Source of the DNA: Takakia lepidozioides
Lineage: Eukaryota > Plantae > Bryophyta
DNA: 64,000 nucleotides
Direction: 5' to 3'
Assembly: GCA_030704615.1 (NCBI GenBank)
Contig: CM060731.1
Location: forward strand, 54,622,001 to 54,686,000
This document shows, piece by piece, positions 24,905 through 37,200 of this stretch (its first letter is position 1; each line of letters opens with the position of its first letter). The translations under genes and the position numbers were made by a program. The notes beneath the pieces were generated by a model. The model saw only the letters and a program-made list of their open reading frames with translations. It was not told the origin of the DNA and did no database searches.

Positions 24905-26010
24905 TGGATGGGGCTGTCACGGGCTGCGCCGGTGACCTTCGGGGCTGTCACGGGCTGTGAGGGCCTGTGAGGGCCTGTGCCGGTGGCCTTTGGGGTTGTG
25001 ACGGGCTGTGAGGCCTGTGACGGGCTGCGCCGGTGGCCTTGGGGGCTGTGACGGGCTGTGAGGGGCTGTGACAGGCTGTGCCTAGTGGCCTGTGGGGCTG
25101 TGACGGGCTGTGTGGGGCTGTGACAGGCTGTGCCCAGTGGCCTGTGGGGCTGTGACGGGCTGTGAGGGGCTGTGACAGGCTGTGCCTGAGGCCTTTGGGG
25201 CTGTGACGGGTTGTGAGGGACTGTGACAGACTGTGCCCGTGGCCTTTGGGGTTGTGATGAGCTGTGAGGGGCTGTGACAGGCCGTGCCTGAGGCCTTTGG
25301 GGCTGTGACGGGCTGTGAGGGGCAGTGATAGGCCGTGCCTGAGGCCTTGGGGGCTGTGACAGGCTGTGACAGGCTGTGCCCAGTGGCCTGTGGGGCTATG
25401 ACGGGTTGTGAGGGGCTGTGCCCGTGGCCTTTGGGGCTATGAGGGGCTGTGAGGGGCTATGACAGGCTGTGCCCGTGGCCTTTGGGCCTGTGATGGGCTG
25501 TGAGGGGCTGTGACAGGCCGTGCCTGAGGCTTGGGGCTGTGGGCTGTGAGGGGTTGTGAGGGCTGTGACAGGCCGTGCCTGAGGCCTTTGGGGCTGTGAC
25601 GGGCTGTTAGGGGCTGTGCCGTGGCCTTTTGGGGCTGTGACAGGCTGTGCCCGTGGCCTTTAGGGCTGTGATGGGCTGTGAGGGCTGTGATAGGCCGTGC
25701 CTGAGGCCTTTGGGGCTGTGAGGGGCTGTGTTAGGCCGTGCCTGAGGCCTTGGGGGCTGTGAGGGCTGTGGCGAGCTGTGACGGGCTGTGAGGGGCTGTG
25801 ACAGGCTGTGCCCAGTGGCCTGTGGGGCTATGACGGGCTGTGCGGGGCTGTGATAGGCTGTGGCGAGCTGTGACGGGCTGTGCGGTGGCCCTGTGGCCTG
25901 TGGCTGTGACGGGCTGTGACATTTTGTGACGGCTGTGGCGAGCTGTGACGGGCAATGAGGGGCTGTGACAGGCTGTGCCCAGTGGCCTGTGGGACTGTGA
26001 CGGCTGTGAC
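24905..26010. repeat. Minisatellite (GGGCTGTGAC-type), counterpart of 8090-10170
   Basis: Directly visible; about half the length of the element 1 array. Confidence 0.93.
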
Positions 26011-26289
26011 CAGTGAGCTGTGTGGGCCTGTGCTAGTCTGTGATGGCCCGTGTTGACCTGTGGACGGCCTATGCTAACTCGTGGAGGCACTGGTGGACTG
26101 CCTAAGGACTGGCATGTGGTCTTGAAGGCCGAATTTTGAAGCTCATGGAGGGCGGTTTGAGGAGTATCTTCATGATATTCCCATGGTCATGCAAGTACAG
26201 GTGTAGGCTATGTTAGGAACTTAGTATTCCAAACCATAAGCCGCAACAAGTTCTCTACCCAGTTACCTTGTGGAAAGGGGGTTAGGGAC

Positions 26290-29064
26290 ATGTTCATGAC
26301 CGGTTGAGTGACAGTTTGTCAACACGGAGGTGCCACTAGTTACTGGGGACAGTGCCGGTTCGAGCACTAGCGATACTAGTGGGTACACGAGACAAGGTGT
26401 GCGGTTTAGGCCACCTTCACCTCCTGTGTCTTCTACGGAAGATTCTGATTCGGATTGTGAATCAGGATGACTCATACCGGCGGTGCAAGTTGTTTCTTTG
26501 CCATTGTTGTGGGACACAATGGAGAAGATGTATAGAGCTACCAAGGGGCCACGAAGGTACTCTGGGGCGGTGGGCACCATCGAGTTGGATGATTTTATCC
26601 AAGAGTTTGATAGTTGGTGTGATTTGCAGCAAATGCGCAATCCACAACTATTTACGCCTTTCATGGCATGGAAGGGGCTGTTTCAGCACCTTGAGGGGCC
26701 GCCTATGGATGATTACCATGAGTTCAGGCGGGGGCATGAGGTTGAGATTGAGGAGTGGAGGATGTACTAGTCACCCGACTATGTCTCCATCACTAGGGGC
26801 ACTAGAGCCACGAGGGCAGTGGCTACACCTGCCGCTGCACCGACAGCTTCAGCAAGTAGCAGTGGGACTAGTGGGACTGGTGGTACAGTAGCTACGACGT
26901 GCACCCAAGCCACTACCGCACCAGCACTAGTACCCGTACATGCCTTCAACCCTGTTGTGGAGTTCTTCGAAGAGTTGAGAGGGAACTACCAAAAGGTGAG
27001 GACAGAGAAGTTGCGGAGCTTGCAAGAGTTCCAATGGAAGCCGACCGAGAGCTTGAGGGAGGCTTTCACTCGCATGAGGCGCTTGATAAATGTAACCCAA
27101 GGGGTTACGGAAGCTCAGGCAGTCCAATTCTGGTATGGGATATTGGACAAGGAGCTGAGGAGAAGGGTGCGGGATGCAACTCTCCTACAAGCGGCCCAAC
27201 CCACCTTAGCAAATGTGTTTTTGCTGGCAGAGCGGATAGAGCTCAACATGGTGGAGGAACGAGTGGTCATGGTGGGATTTGCTAAGGAGACACCACGGGG
27301 TAGTGGTGCTCCTAGCCAACCACTACCTCAACGTGCTCAAGGCAACAAGGGGGCTCAGGTGAAGCTCAGGGAAGGGCAAAGAGGACCTCAGATGCAGGGG
27401 TCTCTCCCTTCATTTGCTGGCCAACAACGGGCGGATGTGGTGTGCTGGACATGTGGAGGACCCCATGTCAAGAAGGATTGCCCAAAGGGAGGCAAGGGCC
27501 GGCACATGCACAGCCTGCACAGTTGCAGTGTGGGCATTGTGGCAAGCACGGGCATGGAGAGGCCCAGTGTTATGGTTTGCATCCTGAGTTGCGCCCAGGC
27601 CAGTTCCAAGGGAACAATGGTGGCCGGGGGCGAGGTGGAGCAGCCCAGAGAGGACGAGGTGGCCAACCACGAGGTGGAGGCCAAGGGCAAGCTCAACATG
27701 GCCAAGGACGCGGAGGTCAGGGTGTTGACCAAGGCATGGCCAACCGGCTTCAGCAGCTAGAGCAGAGGCTCGCTGCCATGGCTACAGCTCAGGTGGTACC
27801 GGCTCTAAGGCCGGATGGTCCACCTCCTGCTCCTAAGGGAGGAGATATGGGAGGCATGGGATTCATGTGTGGAGCAGCACTACCACTAGTGCAAGTGGAG
27901 TCTGCTGCAGCCGTGACTCGAGGAGCAGCACGAGTTCCTGAGCCACAAGGTGCAGAGGTGGAGTTGGATCCACAGCGTGGGGAGGCAAGCCGTCAGGCTA
28001 GGCTTCCTCAGTCATTCATCTTGGCGGAGACAGTGTCGACGCCATCCATGGCACCTAGTTCTCGCCCGACTGTTACCGAGGCGGAGGTTACTATGCCATT
28101 GGGGAGAGCTACACGGGTAGCACCACTACCTAGTGTTGCCAAGGCTACGGCAGCTAGTGTGCTGCTAGGAGCGGCCACATCTGTGTGTCAGGCTCCATTG
28201 TTCTCGGCTACCATGATTGCGACGCCGGGGGTAAGACCAGCTGAGGTGTTCAGGCTGGCAGCTACACTCTGTGAGAGTGGGGAGGTTACTTCATTTTCTG
28301 CGGAGATAGTGGGAGGTGTAGTGCTGGAGGGATCCTCGGAGACTGCCACGGCGGCGCCATGGCAAGCTGCAGCTGCCAGGTTGATGGAGCTGCCAGCTAG
28401 GCCAGCCATTGAGCGCGCCATGGTGACACCTGGAGTTGTCATGTTAGACAACCAGGATGGCATTTTCTGTTTGAGTGGACCGGCAGGCAAGAGGTACCGG
28501 CCACTGCGGGTCTTGTTGGACTCGGGAGCTCAGCCATTGATGCTGGGCAGAGCTGCTATTGCAGGCTTGGGCCTCACGGAGGCGGATATGGAGCCTTGTC
28601 ATTTCCAGATACAGACGTCTCTGGGAGGATCGGAGCAGGCTTGGGGCATGACACGGCGTGAGTTGGCTATCAGACTACGGCCGGATCACCCTACAGATGG
28701 CTCAGTGATGCGAGCCAAGGCCATTGTGACAGACGCGGTCTCATACGATGTCCTGGTTGGTGGGGCAGTGTTGTACCCCATGGGCTTCACCCTGGATTTT
28801 TGGGAGGAGTCAGCTTCCTATAGGCCTGCATGGCAGTCAGGGGAGGGCCGGCGTGTGCAGCTCCCTGTGACGTTCATAGGAGGAGTTGCGGTTGCCCAGC
28901 GAGGCAAGATGCCGACACTAGCAGCATTTACAGCGGCAGTGAGTTGGCCTAGAGAGTTGCTTGAGGGCAACGCTCATTCAGAGGATGTGCCACCTCCGGG
29001 AGAGCAGGATGACATGTATGGTATGGCGGAGTTGCCTACCATGGTTGCTCAGACTCCATTGTAG
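26290..29064 (+). pseudogene. Element 2 gag (two CCHC knuckles) and aspartic protease
   Basis: CWTCGGPHVKKDC and CGHCGKHGHGEAQC; VLLDSGAQP at ~28510. In-frame stops at 26768 and 29062, and a frameshift near 27490. Confidence 0.88.
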
Positions 29065-29219
29065 GGCACGAGCAAGGATTTGCAGCGGGATGCTGATCAA
29101 CGGGTGCAACAAGCCTGGGTGGAGGCTTTTGTACCGTCAGGAGAGGAGGAGAGTGCGGGGATTGCACCAGGACCACCTCAGTTGTCTCCATTGGACACCA
29201 CACCTATTGTGTGGCAGTA

Positions 29220-30150
29220 GATGAAGGCATTTGTCTTCTGGACTTGTTTGGCGGGATCAGCACCGGATTGGCTGCTGTGTTACAGGCAAGTGTACGAGTT
29301 CGGCGTTACATGTATGTGGAGAGGGATGAGACTGCACGACGCGTTTCACTTCGCCATGTTGCTCAGTTGGTGCAGCGGTACCCTGAGTTGTTGTCGGTGT
29401 CTGCAATTTGTGGATATCAGCAGGCCTTGCCAGCAGACATTTCGTTGCTGGGGGCGCAGGATTTGGAGCGGGTTGGCTCCATTGATCTGGTAGTGGCAGG
29501 TTGGCCCTGCCAAGGGCATTCATCAGCCAGGCATGGCAATGGATTGTGAGACTCGAGGTCGGGTGTTTTGGGAGATGGTGCAGGTTTTGCGCCACTTGCA
29601 GCTTCATCAAGCTGTATCTCCAGCATACATCTTAGAGAATGTGCCACTGATGGGCGATTCTCGGGCCAGGGTGATGGCCAGTGTGCATCAAGTCCGGTCG
29701 TGGCTTGGGTCAGTAGTGTTGCTAGATGCAGCTATAGTGGGGTCACGGGCTCATCGTCCACGGCTATGGTGGACTAACTTGATGCCACCCGCACTGCTCA
29801 AGCGTGCATTTGATGGGGTGCAGCGGCCAGCACATCTCACAGTGGATATCATTCTGGACACAGGGAGGCAGTCTCAGCGTGTGAGACACGATGACCGTTT
29901 GCCTTTGGCAGTGGTCAACAAGGTGGGTCAACCACGAGCAGCATTACCTACACTGCTCAGCTTCCCAGGATCGCATGCTTTCCGGGATAGTGGGCCTGGC
30001 CTCCTGTGGGATGCTCAGTTGCAGCAGTTAGTGGAGCCTAATGCTGACGAGCGTGAGCGGGCAATGGGTTTTACCACTGGTACCACGACGGTGTCGTCTC
30101 TTTCTGAGGCATCATGTCGTCAAGTGTTGGGGCAAGCAATGGATCTCAAT
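29220..30150 (+). pseudogene. DNMT3-like C5-cytosine DNA methyltransferase domain between protease and RT
   Basis: LDLFGGISTG (I), YVE (II), AGWPCQG with catalytic PC (IV), ILENV (VI), HRPRLWWTNL (VIII; cf. DNMT3 HRARYFWGNL), ERERAMGF (IX), LGQAMD (X). Non-permuted motif order; frameshift near 29545. Confidence 0.9.
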
Positions 30151-30699
30151 TGCTTGACCTGGATTATCAGCTTGGCTCTGGCTGAGCAATGCAGAGTGCG
30201 GAGTACACTTCCCTCGATGGTCTCTCTGCCTACCGAGACGATACAGGCAGTGAGTGGGGGCAAGCATGTGAGGACCACGGGGTGCATGCATCCATGGCAC
30301 ACGTGGGAGGTGCTCGAGGTTCAGAGGGAGTTGGCAGCCAAGGCGGCTGTGATGGATGAGGTTGGGGATTCTTCTCGGGTTGAGGAGGTCCTTAAGGATG
30401 AGATGATGGGGCAAGATGAGGCCTTGTCATTGACTGAGCAGGTAGGGAGTACTGCTCAAGAGGTTGCAACATAGCAACCACTGGACACGTCCTCTACCTC
30501 TAAGCCCACTGGACTTAAGGTTGCAGTTACGGAGGACAATTGGGAGCCTGACATTGGACCCATTGTCACCGGAGGAGAGAGACAACGTATACGGCGGTTC
30601 CTGAGGGCTTACAGGAATTGCTTTGCCTTCAGTTTGAAGGACTTGGGAGCACTGAAGGGTCAAGAGATCCGTATTGAGTTGGCCACTGACACGCCAATT

Positions 30700-31925
30700 T
30701 TCGGAGACCCTATAGATACAGTGACATGGAGAGGTCTTTGATTCAGATGAGGACTCAAGATCTCTGGGAGGCAGGTTTGGTGGAGCTCTCTGGTGAGAGT
30801 ATGCTTCAGCCACAGTGATGCCAGCCAAGAAGGATGTCTATGGCAATTGGACGGAGAGACGTATATGCGGTGATTACCGGCCTGTAAATCGTCAGACCAA
30901 GTCCGATAAGTATGCCATGCCAACACCAGAGGAGATCTTTGATGCCATCGGGCATGTTAAGGCCTTTAGCACTTTGGATTTACGATCCGGATATCACCAG
31001 TTGCCAATCAAAGAAGCGAACAAGCAGAAGACGGCATTCTGGGGGATCAATGAGCACGGCAAGGATTGCCTATATCAGTGGCGGTTCTTACCATTTGGGC
31101 TTAAGAATGCGCCTGCAGAGTTTTCAGAGAGTCATGGATAGGATTCTAGCAGGGGTGGTCTTTGCTCGGTGCTACATAGATGACATCATCATCTTTAGTG
31201 TTACGATGGAGGAGCATGAGAGACACCTTCAGGTGGTATTGGAGCGCTTGAGAGCGCACGGATTGAAGTTGCATTCGGGGAAGTGCAAGTTTTTCCACAA
31301 CCAGATTGAGTATCTGGGTCACATGATATATCCTGGAGGATTGGGGGTACAGCAGACTAAGGTAGAGGCCATTGCACAAATTCCACGCCCCACGGATGTG
31401 AGCCGAGTTCGAGCTTTCATGGGGTTGGCAAACTATTATAGACGGTTTGTCAAGGGATTTAGTACCATTGCAAAGGCTCTAACCAAGCTGACCAAGGTGG
31501 ACCAAGAGTGGCAGTGGGAAGATGAGCAGGAACGAGCTTTTCAAGAGCTCAAGGCGAGGTTGACCTCGGCGCCTATCCTGAGACGACCTATCAGGGGGCG
31601 TCCTTTTCAGCTGCATACGGATTGGAGCATGTTGGGGCTTGGAGCGGTGCTCACAGAGGTGGATGATGAGGGAAGAGAGTTTGTAGTGGCTTATGCTAGC
31701 CGCTCGAACAACGCTGTAGAGGCTAAGTACAGCTCATATGAGGGAGAGTGCTTAGCTGCAGTGTCGGCCGTGGCACACTTCAGGTGCTATCTATACGGCA
31801 ATCTTTTCACCCTTGTCACGGATCACCAGCCACTCAAGTGGTTGATGGAGTCAGACAAGCTTACGGGGAAGCTTGCACGGTGGGCACTCATACTCCAGGA
31901 GTATGACTTTCAGGTTGTGCATTGA
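30700..31925 (+). pseudogene. Element 2 reverse transcriptase and RNase H
   Basis: [57 protein letters not shown]; frameshifts and a TGA at 31923. Confidence 0.93.
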
Positions 31926-31931
31926 CCGGGT

Positions 31932-33608
31932 TTGGTCAATCGGGATGCGGATGGATTGAGTCGCAATCCATGCATGAGCCAGCAGGATGACACTGGAGCT
32001 CGGTGGCATGGTGAGACGGACAAGGAGATGGTGTCGGGATGGCACGCATCTGCATTTTTGTGTATCTTGGCATCGGAAGGTCAGGTTGGACCTACAACAG
32101 GGATGACTGTAGATGGAGAGTCTGAGGACCCTGAGGCTAGTGATGAGCCAGGTGGTGCCAGAGATATACATGAGGATTCGGCTGTGTTGGACTACCTCCG
32201 CACAGGAGACACGGCAGCCACTGTGACTGCCAGGGAGAGGGATCGGATCCTGCAACGAGCCAAGAGGTTCAAGTGGGAGGGGATACACCTACTTCGAGTG
32301 TGGGAGGATGGTCGGGTGAGGATTGTGCCTCACCCCACACAGTGTGCACGGTTAGTGCGGCATGCCCATGAGGAGTTGGGGCATTTTGGAGTGCGACGCA
32401 CTCACAGTTTATTGCAGGGGCAGTATTGGTGGCGTGGTATGCATACAGAGGTGCAACAGTTCGAGGCTAGGTGCATGGTGTGTGACAGGGTGCGTGCTTC
32501 ATTCAACGCCCCTACACCACAGTTGCATCCTTTACCAATCATGGGATTGGGCTACAGGTGGAGTCTTGACTTCGCAGGACCGTTGCCACTGACTATGCGC
32601 CACCACAGATATGTGTTGGTGATGGTGGAGCACTTCTCCAAGTGGATTGAGTTGGTTCCATTGCCTGACAAGGCTAGTGAAGGGGCTACGTATGCATTCT
32701 TGGATCGTGTGCTTAGCCGATTTGGTGCTCCAGCTGAGGTACTCACGGACCAAGGGAGAGAGTTCTTGGGGGAGTTTCAGGCTTTGTGTGATAAAGCCTT
32801 GATAGACCACCGCACCACTTCTCGGGATTATCCTGAGGCCGATGGCTTAGCAGAGAGAGTTGTTCAGACGGTGAAGAGGGATTTGCGCAAGTATGGCTTG
32901 CAGAAGGGACACCTAGGAGAATGGGATCTTCAGGTTCCTTGGTTAGCCATGGGCTACAGGTTCAGCAAACAAGCATCACTTGCCTCCTTCTCACCATATT
33001 TCCTTCTCTTTGGCCGAGAGCCGGATTTGCCTGCAGCCATTCGTAGGGACACTGCTCAAGTCCTTAACCTTGATGATCCGGACATGTGGGTACGTGCATG
33101 TGATCAGCGTGCAGAGTTGTTCAAGAAAGTCATGCCTATGGCTTTTGAGAACCTTGCCATTGCACAACACCGTGATACGTTGAGGTATGCCACTATACGT
33201 GGTGGAGGATATCGTCCTGGGGTTCGGAGGTTTAGCCCTGGTGACTATGTTTATTTGCAGCAGACTGCTCCTACGACTCTGGATGTTACTGCAGGGCGTG
33301 TTATTCTGAGGGTTCGAGAGGTGTTGCCCTCAGGGGTTCTGATCTTGGAGGGTCGGGATGGCATGACTTGGAAGGACCATGTGCGTAATTGTGCGCCATA
33401 TCACCTTCCCAATGTCGATGGCAGAGTTGACCCAAACTTGGCAGTGGTACCTGCAGGTTTGAGGTGCATGCTCTGTGGGTCTGCCAGAGGGGCAGCCACC
33501 ATGCCGGTGTGTGATCGATGCTCAAGGGGTTGGCATATGGGATGCTTGACACCACCTCTTGAGAAGGTTCCTGACGGAGATTGGTTGTGTCCACACTGCT
33601 TGGGATAG
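31932..33608 (+). CDS. Element 2 integrase with C-terminal PHD finger
   Basis: HEELGH...CMVC (HHCC), SLDF / TDQG / LAER (DDE), then CMLC..VCDRCSRGWHMGC..VPDGDWLCPHC (C4HC3 PHD). Confidence 0.92.
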   Translation: MVNRDADGLSRNPCMSQQDDTGARWHGETDKEMVSGWHASAFLCILASEGQVGPTTGMTVDGESEDPEASDEPGGARDIHEDSAVLDYLRTGDTAATVTARERDRILQRAKRFKWEGIHLLRVWEDGRVRIVPHPTQCARLVRHAHEELGHFGVRRTHSLLQGQYWWRGMHTEVQQFEARCMVCDRVRASFNAPTPQLHPLPIMGLGYRWSLDFAGPLPLTMRHHRYVLVMVEHFSKWIELVPLPDKASEGATYAFLDRVLSRFGAPAEVLTDQGREFLGEFQALCDKALIDHRTTSRDYPEADGLAERVVQTVKRDLRKYGLQKGHLGEWDLQVPWLAMGYRFSKQASLASFSPYFLLFGREPDLPAAIRRDTAQVLNLDDPDMWVRACDQRAELFKKVMPMAFENLAIAQHRDTLRYATIRGGGYRPGVRRFSPGDYVYLQQTAPTTLDVTAGRVILRVREVLPSGVLILEGRDGMTWKDHVRNCAPYHLPNVDGRVDPNLAVVPAGLRCMLCGSARGAATMPVCDRCSRGWHMGCLTPPLEKVPDGDWLCPHCLG

Positions 33609-34221
33609 TGGCAGTGGACATGACTGGAGGCAGCTAACAAGACATGGGAGGCCAAGCTCATAGGAGTCAATACATGAGATCCCAAGCTCAAGTTCACAGG
33701 TTGCAAGACGGCGACTAACGATGGGGCAACTCTTGCACCCGGCCTCTTGATCTATCGAGTTTGAGTGTAGTAGGGATAGTGGTGGATGACTTAGTGAGGC
33801 TATGGTCACTATCACATCGGGGGGTGCTATTCCGTGAGCCTGGAGGCGTGAGCCTGTGAGCCCAGGAAAGCGTGAGCCCAGCACAGGCTCACGCCACGTC
33901 AGCATGCAAACAGTGCCTATTTCCGCGGATGTCACCTATTTCCGAGTGGTGTCACCTATTTCCGCGGGTTGATGTGGGGAGAATTGAGAATTGAGAACAA
34001 AGTGGTTTGTTTGTTTTTGCAATGTACTCAAGTCTGTGAGGTCCACAAAACAACAAATATATTGAAGGAACAATCCGGGCAGTCCATGCAACCCCCATCT
34101 CCAACAATAGTTTGGAACCATGAATGTGAATTCCATGCACACATTGCAAAGAGGACAATAAGGACACACAACCATCCCATTTCAAATTTGTCCCAGAATT
34201 AAACCAAAAGAATACTTCATA

Positions 34222-37200
34222 TCAAGTGTCGCAGTCATCACAATCAATGTCCACCTCCTGTGCTATGTCATCTACAAAGATTCTGGCCCCAACACCACGT
34301 GTTCTACGAAGGCCATCGCAAGGTGGACTCTGAGTGCCATGAACGGACATGCTTGCTGCGAGTGCCTCCGCATAGACAGGTAGCACACAAGACCGAGGAG
34401 GACTGAAAACAAGTCCAAATAGGTGTGATAGCCCAGGAGGGCAAGTGGAAGCACGCGGACTCCTACACATGTCCACAAAATCCCATTTTTAACACAATGA
34501 TGCAATGCACAAGTCCAACGAAGAGGATGTCTCCCATGTGCACTTTGCCTCAAGAACAGCGATTCTCGATATTGAAACAACAATGCAAGCATGCACAGGT
34601 TCAACTTACTCACAGGCAAAGTCGGAGTCCAGCTCCTTGTCAGAAGTCTCCTCTGTACCAGTATCAGCGGGACGGGGCTTCGGAAGGACCTGAGAAGTGT
34701 GTCCACCCAAACCCATCAGGAGGTTCTTGTAAATCTCAGCATCCCCTTCAATCCCAAAGACATGTCGCGCACTGGCCTTGCAAGCGTGGTACGAAGCACC
34801 TGCAGTGGAATAGAATGAAGTAAGCAGACATTGAAGACACATTCGGAACGGTGGAAAGTGCTGAAAGTGCAAGCTCAATCAAACCTCATGAAATGTGAAT
34901 GTTGAAGAGACGAACCTGTGCCCATCGACAAATCCAGAACTCTGGCGTCTGTGTAGGTGCAGCACTCCACAATCGTTTGAATGAAAGCCGGGCTCCTCTC
35001 CCTCGCCCCTCTCCAAGGAACCCCATTCCCCCTTCGCAAGCACACGTTGCTGTCGACGTAGTTGTGATGCATGTCATCCGTGGGAGGATCTGTCCTGTCA
35101 TCTATGAACTTGCCCCCGTGAGTGATGGCAAACTCCGTAATGCCGGCCGGAGTCGTTGGTGGATGCACCCGGACGAGACAAACAGCTTCAAACAGACGAG
35201 TCTGCGAACATGACATCCACAAGGAACTAAGAACCAAAATAAAATCGGGCCCCTACATATGAGTTGGAGCGACCTATACAACACAATCCCAGAACAAAAA
35301 AGAAGAGGAAGAAGAAGGGAAACTCACCATCTCTCCCGGACGATCCCCCTTCGTAAGGTACATGCTGTTCACACAATTCCATGTCTTCACGACTCTCATG
35401 CCCGAGGCTTTCAAATAGCTGGCAAGGGCACGGCGACACCGAACATCGATGGACTGGATGAGAACCAAAACACCTGCATCGGAAAGGAAGAAGTTGCAAA
35501 AGGAAAAAACCCACCGCCAGTAGCGCTCATCAAATGCATTCCAACCCGGACAAGCACCCGATGGAGGGATATCCGGGACTGCCAACCCATCAGGGATGTC
35601 CAAGATGATGAGTTCCGCTGCATATGGCTTCTCCTTCCCGTTCACCCACGATTTGGTCATTTTAGCCTGCAAACAAAAATACAATGGAATTCTGACAAGT
35701 TTATAAACGATCCATGCCCACAGCAGACAAAGAGAGCAGAAGCCACAGAACCCAAAGAGAACACGCACCGTGCTGAGGAACTCGACAATCCTCTCCCACA
35801 CTGGTGATGGCTCGCCCTTGTAATCAGATTTCTTCGACTCCATCATTGCAAGGAACCCGACGTTGGCAATCTCCAACCTGGTTGGACGAATGACCCTCGT
35901 GGGATGTTCCACTGCATGGTACGGGTCCTTGGGATCAACCACCCCCTTGTTTTTTCTCCCGGATCCCCTACCATGCGGTGGAGTCTGCTGGACATGCTCC
36001 ACAGGGCCAATAGCTGCAACACTTCCCTGCCCTTGTGCCACCTTCCCTCTACCCCTTCCCTTCCCCACAACACCAGCAACATCTTTTCCCTTTGCCTTTC
36101 TTCCTCTACCCGGGGTATCCTGAGCGGGAGGCTCCTTCTCTGCAAGAGTCCTCAGATTACGCTCATGAATGTCGAGGTCCGCTGCTGCGGCAGTGGCTGC
36201 AATACGGTCATTCTCTCTCCTCAAAGACAACTCTACAGCTGGGGTCTCTGAAGGAGGGCAATCCAAATACCAACCACAAGAAGAAAGATGGTCTGGACCC
36301 CAGTCATGCAAGATCCCAGCAGTGAACATGGTCTGGTTGCCAGCAGGGACAAGCCAAAGGTCCACGAAATCTGGATGTTTGTCCAAGCAATTCTCTTCCA
36401 AGAGAACAAACTTAATGTACCTGCAGGAACAGACACAGCCTCATTTTCCAATGCACATATTGTGTCCCAGCTTTTTCAACACACCAGGAAGACCCCCTTA
36501 AACAGTATGCCACACAACACATTGCAACCACAACACAAGCAAAGAGTGCAAGGGTGTGCACCTGTAAAGGCATCGTTTCCAGGCTTCCTCTCCTTTTTCC
36601 TGCTGGTCAAGCTCATTTGTTCGACTGATGCCACCCTCCTTGCTGAACTCTCTAAAGAAACCAGAGTGCCACACTGTGGCTCTCCATTTCCTCATGTATG
36701 CTTCGAAGGAGACCTTCGGAGCTGTCATAGTGATGCCATAGTCAGCCAGCTGAGTATGCAGAACCGATCGGGTCCTTTCTTCCAACTGCAAAACAATTGA
36801 AATGGAAGAATGAACCCAAAAACAGTCACAGCGAATGTAAGAGGCAATGGGAAGAGAAGGACAGGAAAAGAGAAAAGAAAGTGAGATACGATAGGACATC
36901 ACACCTGGCTCCAGTAAGTGGCCTTGTGAAGCCAGGTGTCTAGCACATTGTCACTGACAGGAACGACACGCTGGGTCTTCTTCTCCTTCTCTGGCCTTGG
37001 GAACATGTGGGTATCCCTAACTGTGGGATCGGAGTTCCATATCTGTAGCCACTTCACCTTCTGTTCAGAAGACACGACGGCGGTAGACAACCTGTGCAAC
37101 TTCTCCTGGGCCATCTCCGGCTTGCCTGGCTTGTTATAATGGTTTTTTATCTCTAGGAGAAACTGCGGCCCGAATGATGGGTCGGCCATTCTCAACTGCT

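Noticed and set aside
29220-30150. Host DRM/DNMT3 gene interrupted by transposons
   Set aside because: Intronless, at the same position between protease and RT in both copies, and not circularly permuted like DRM.
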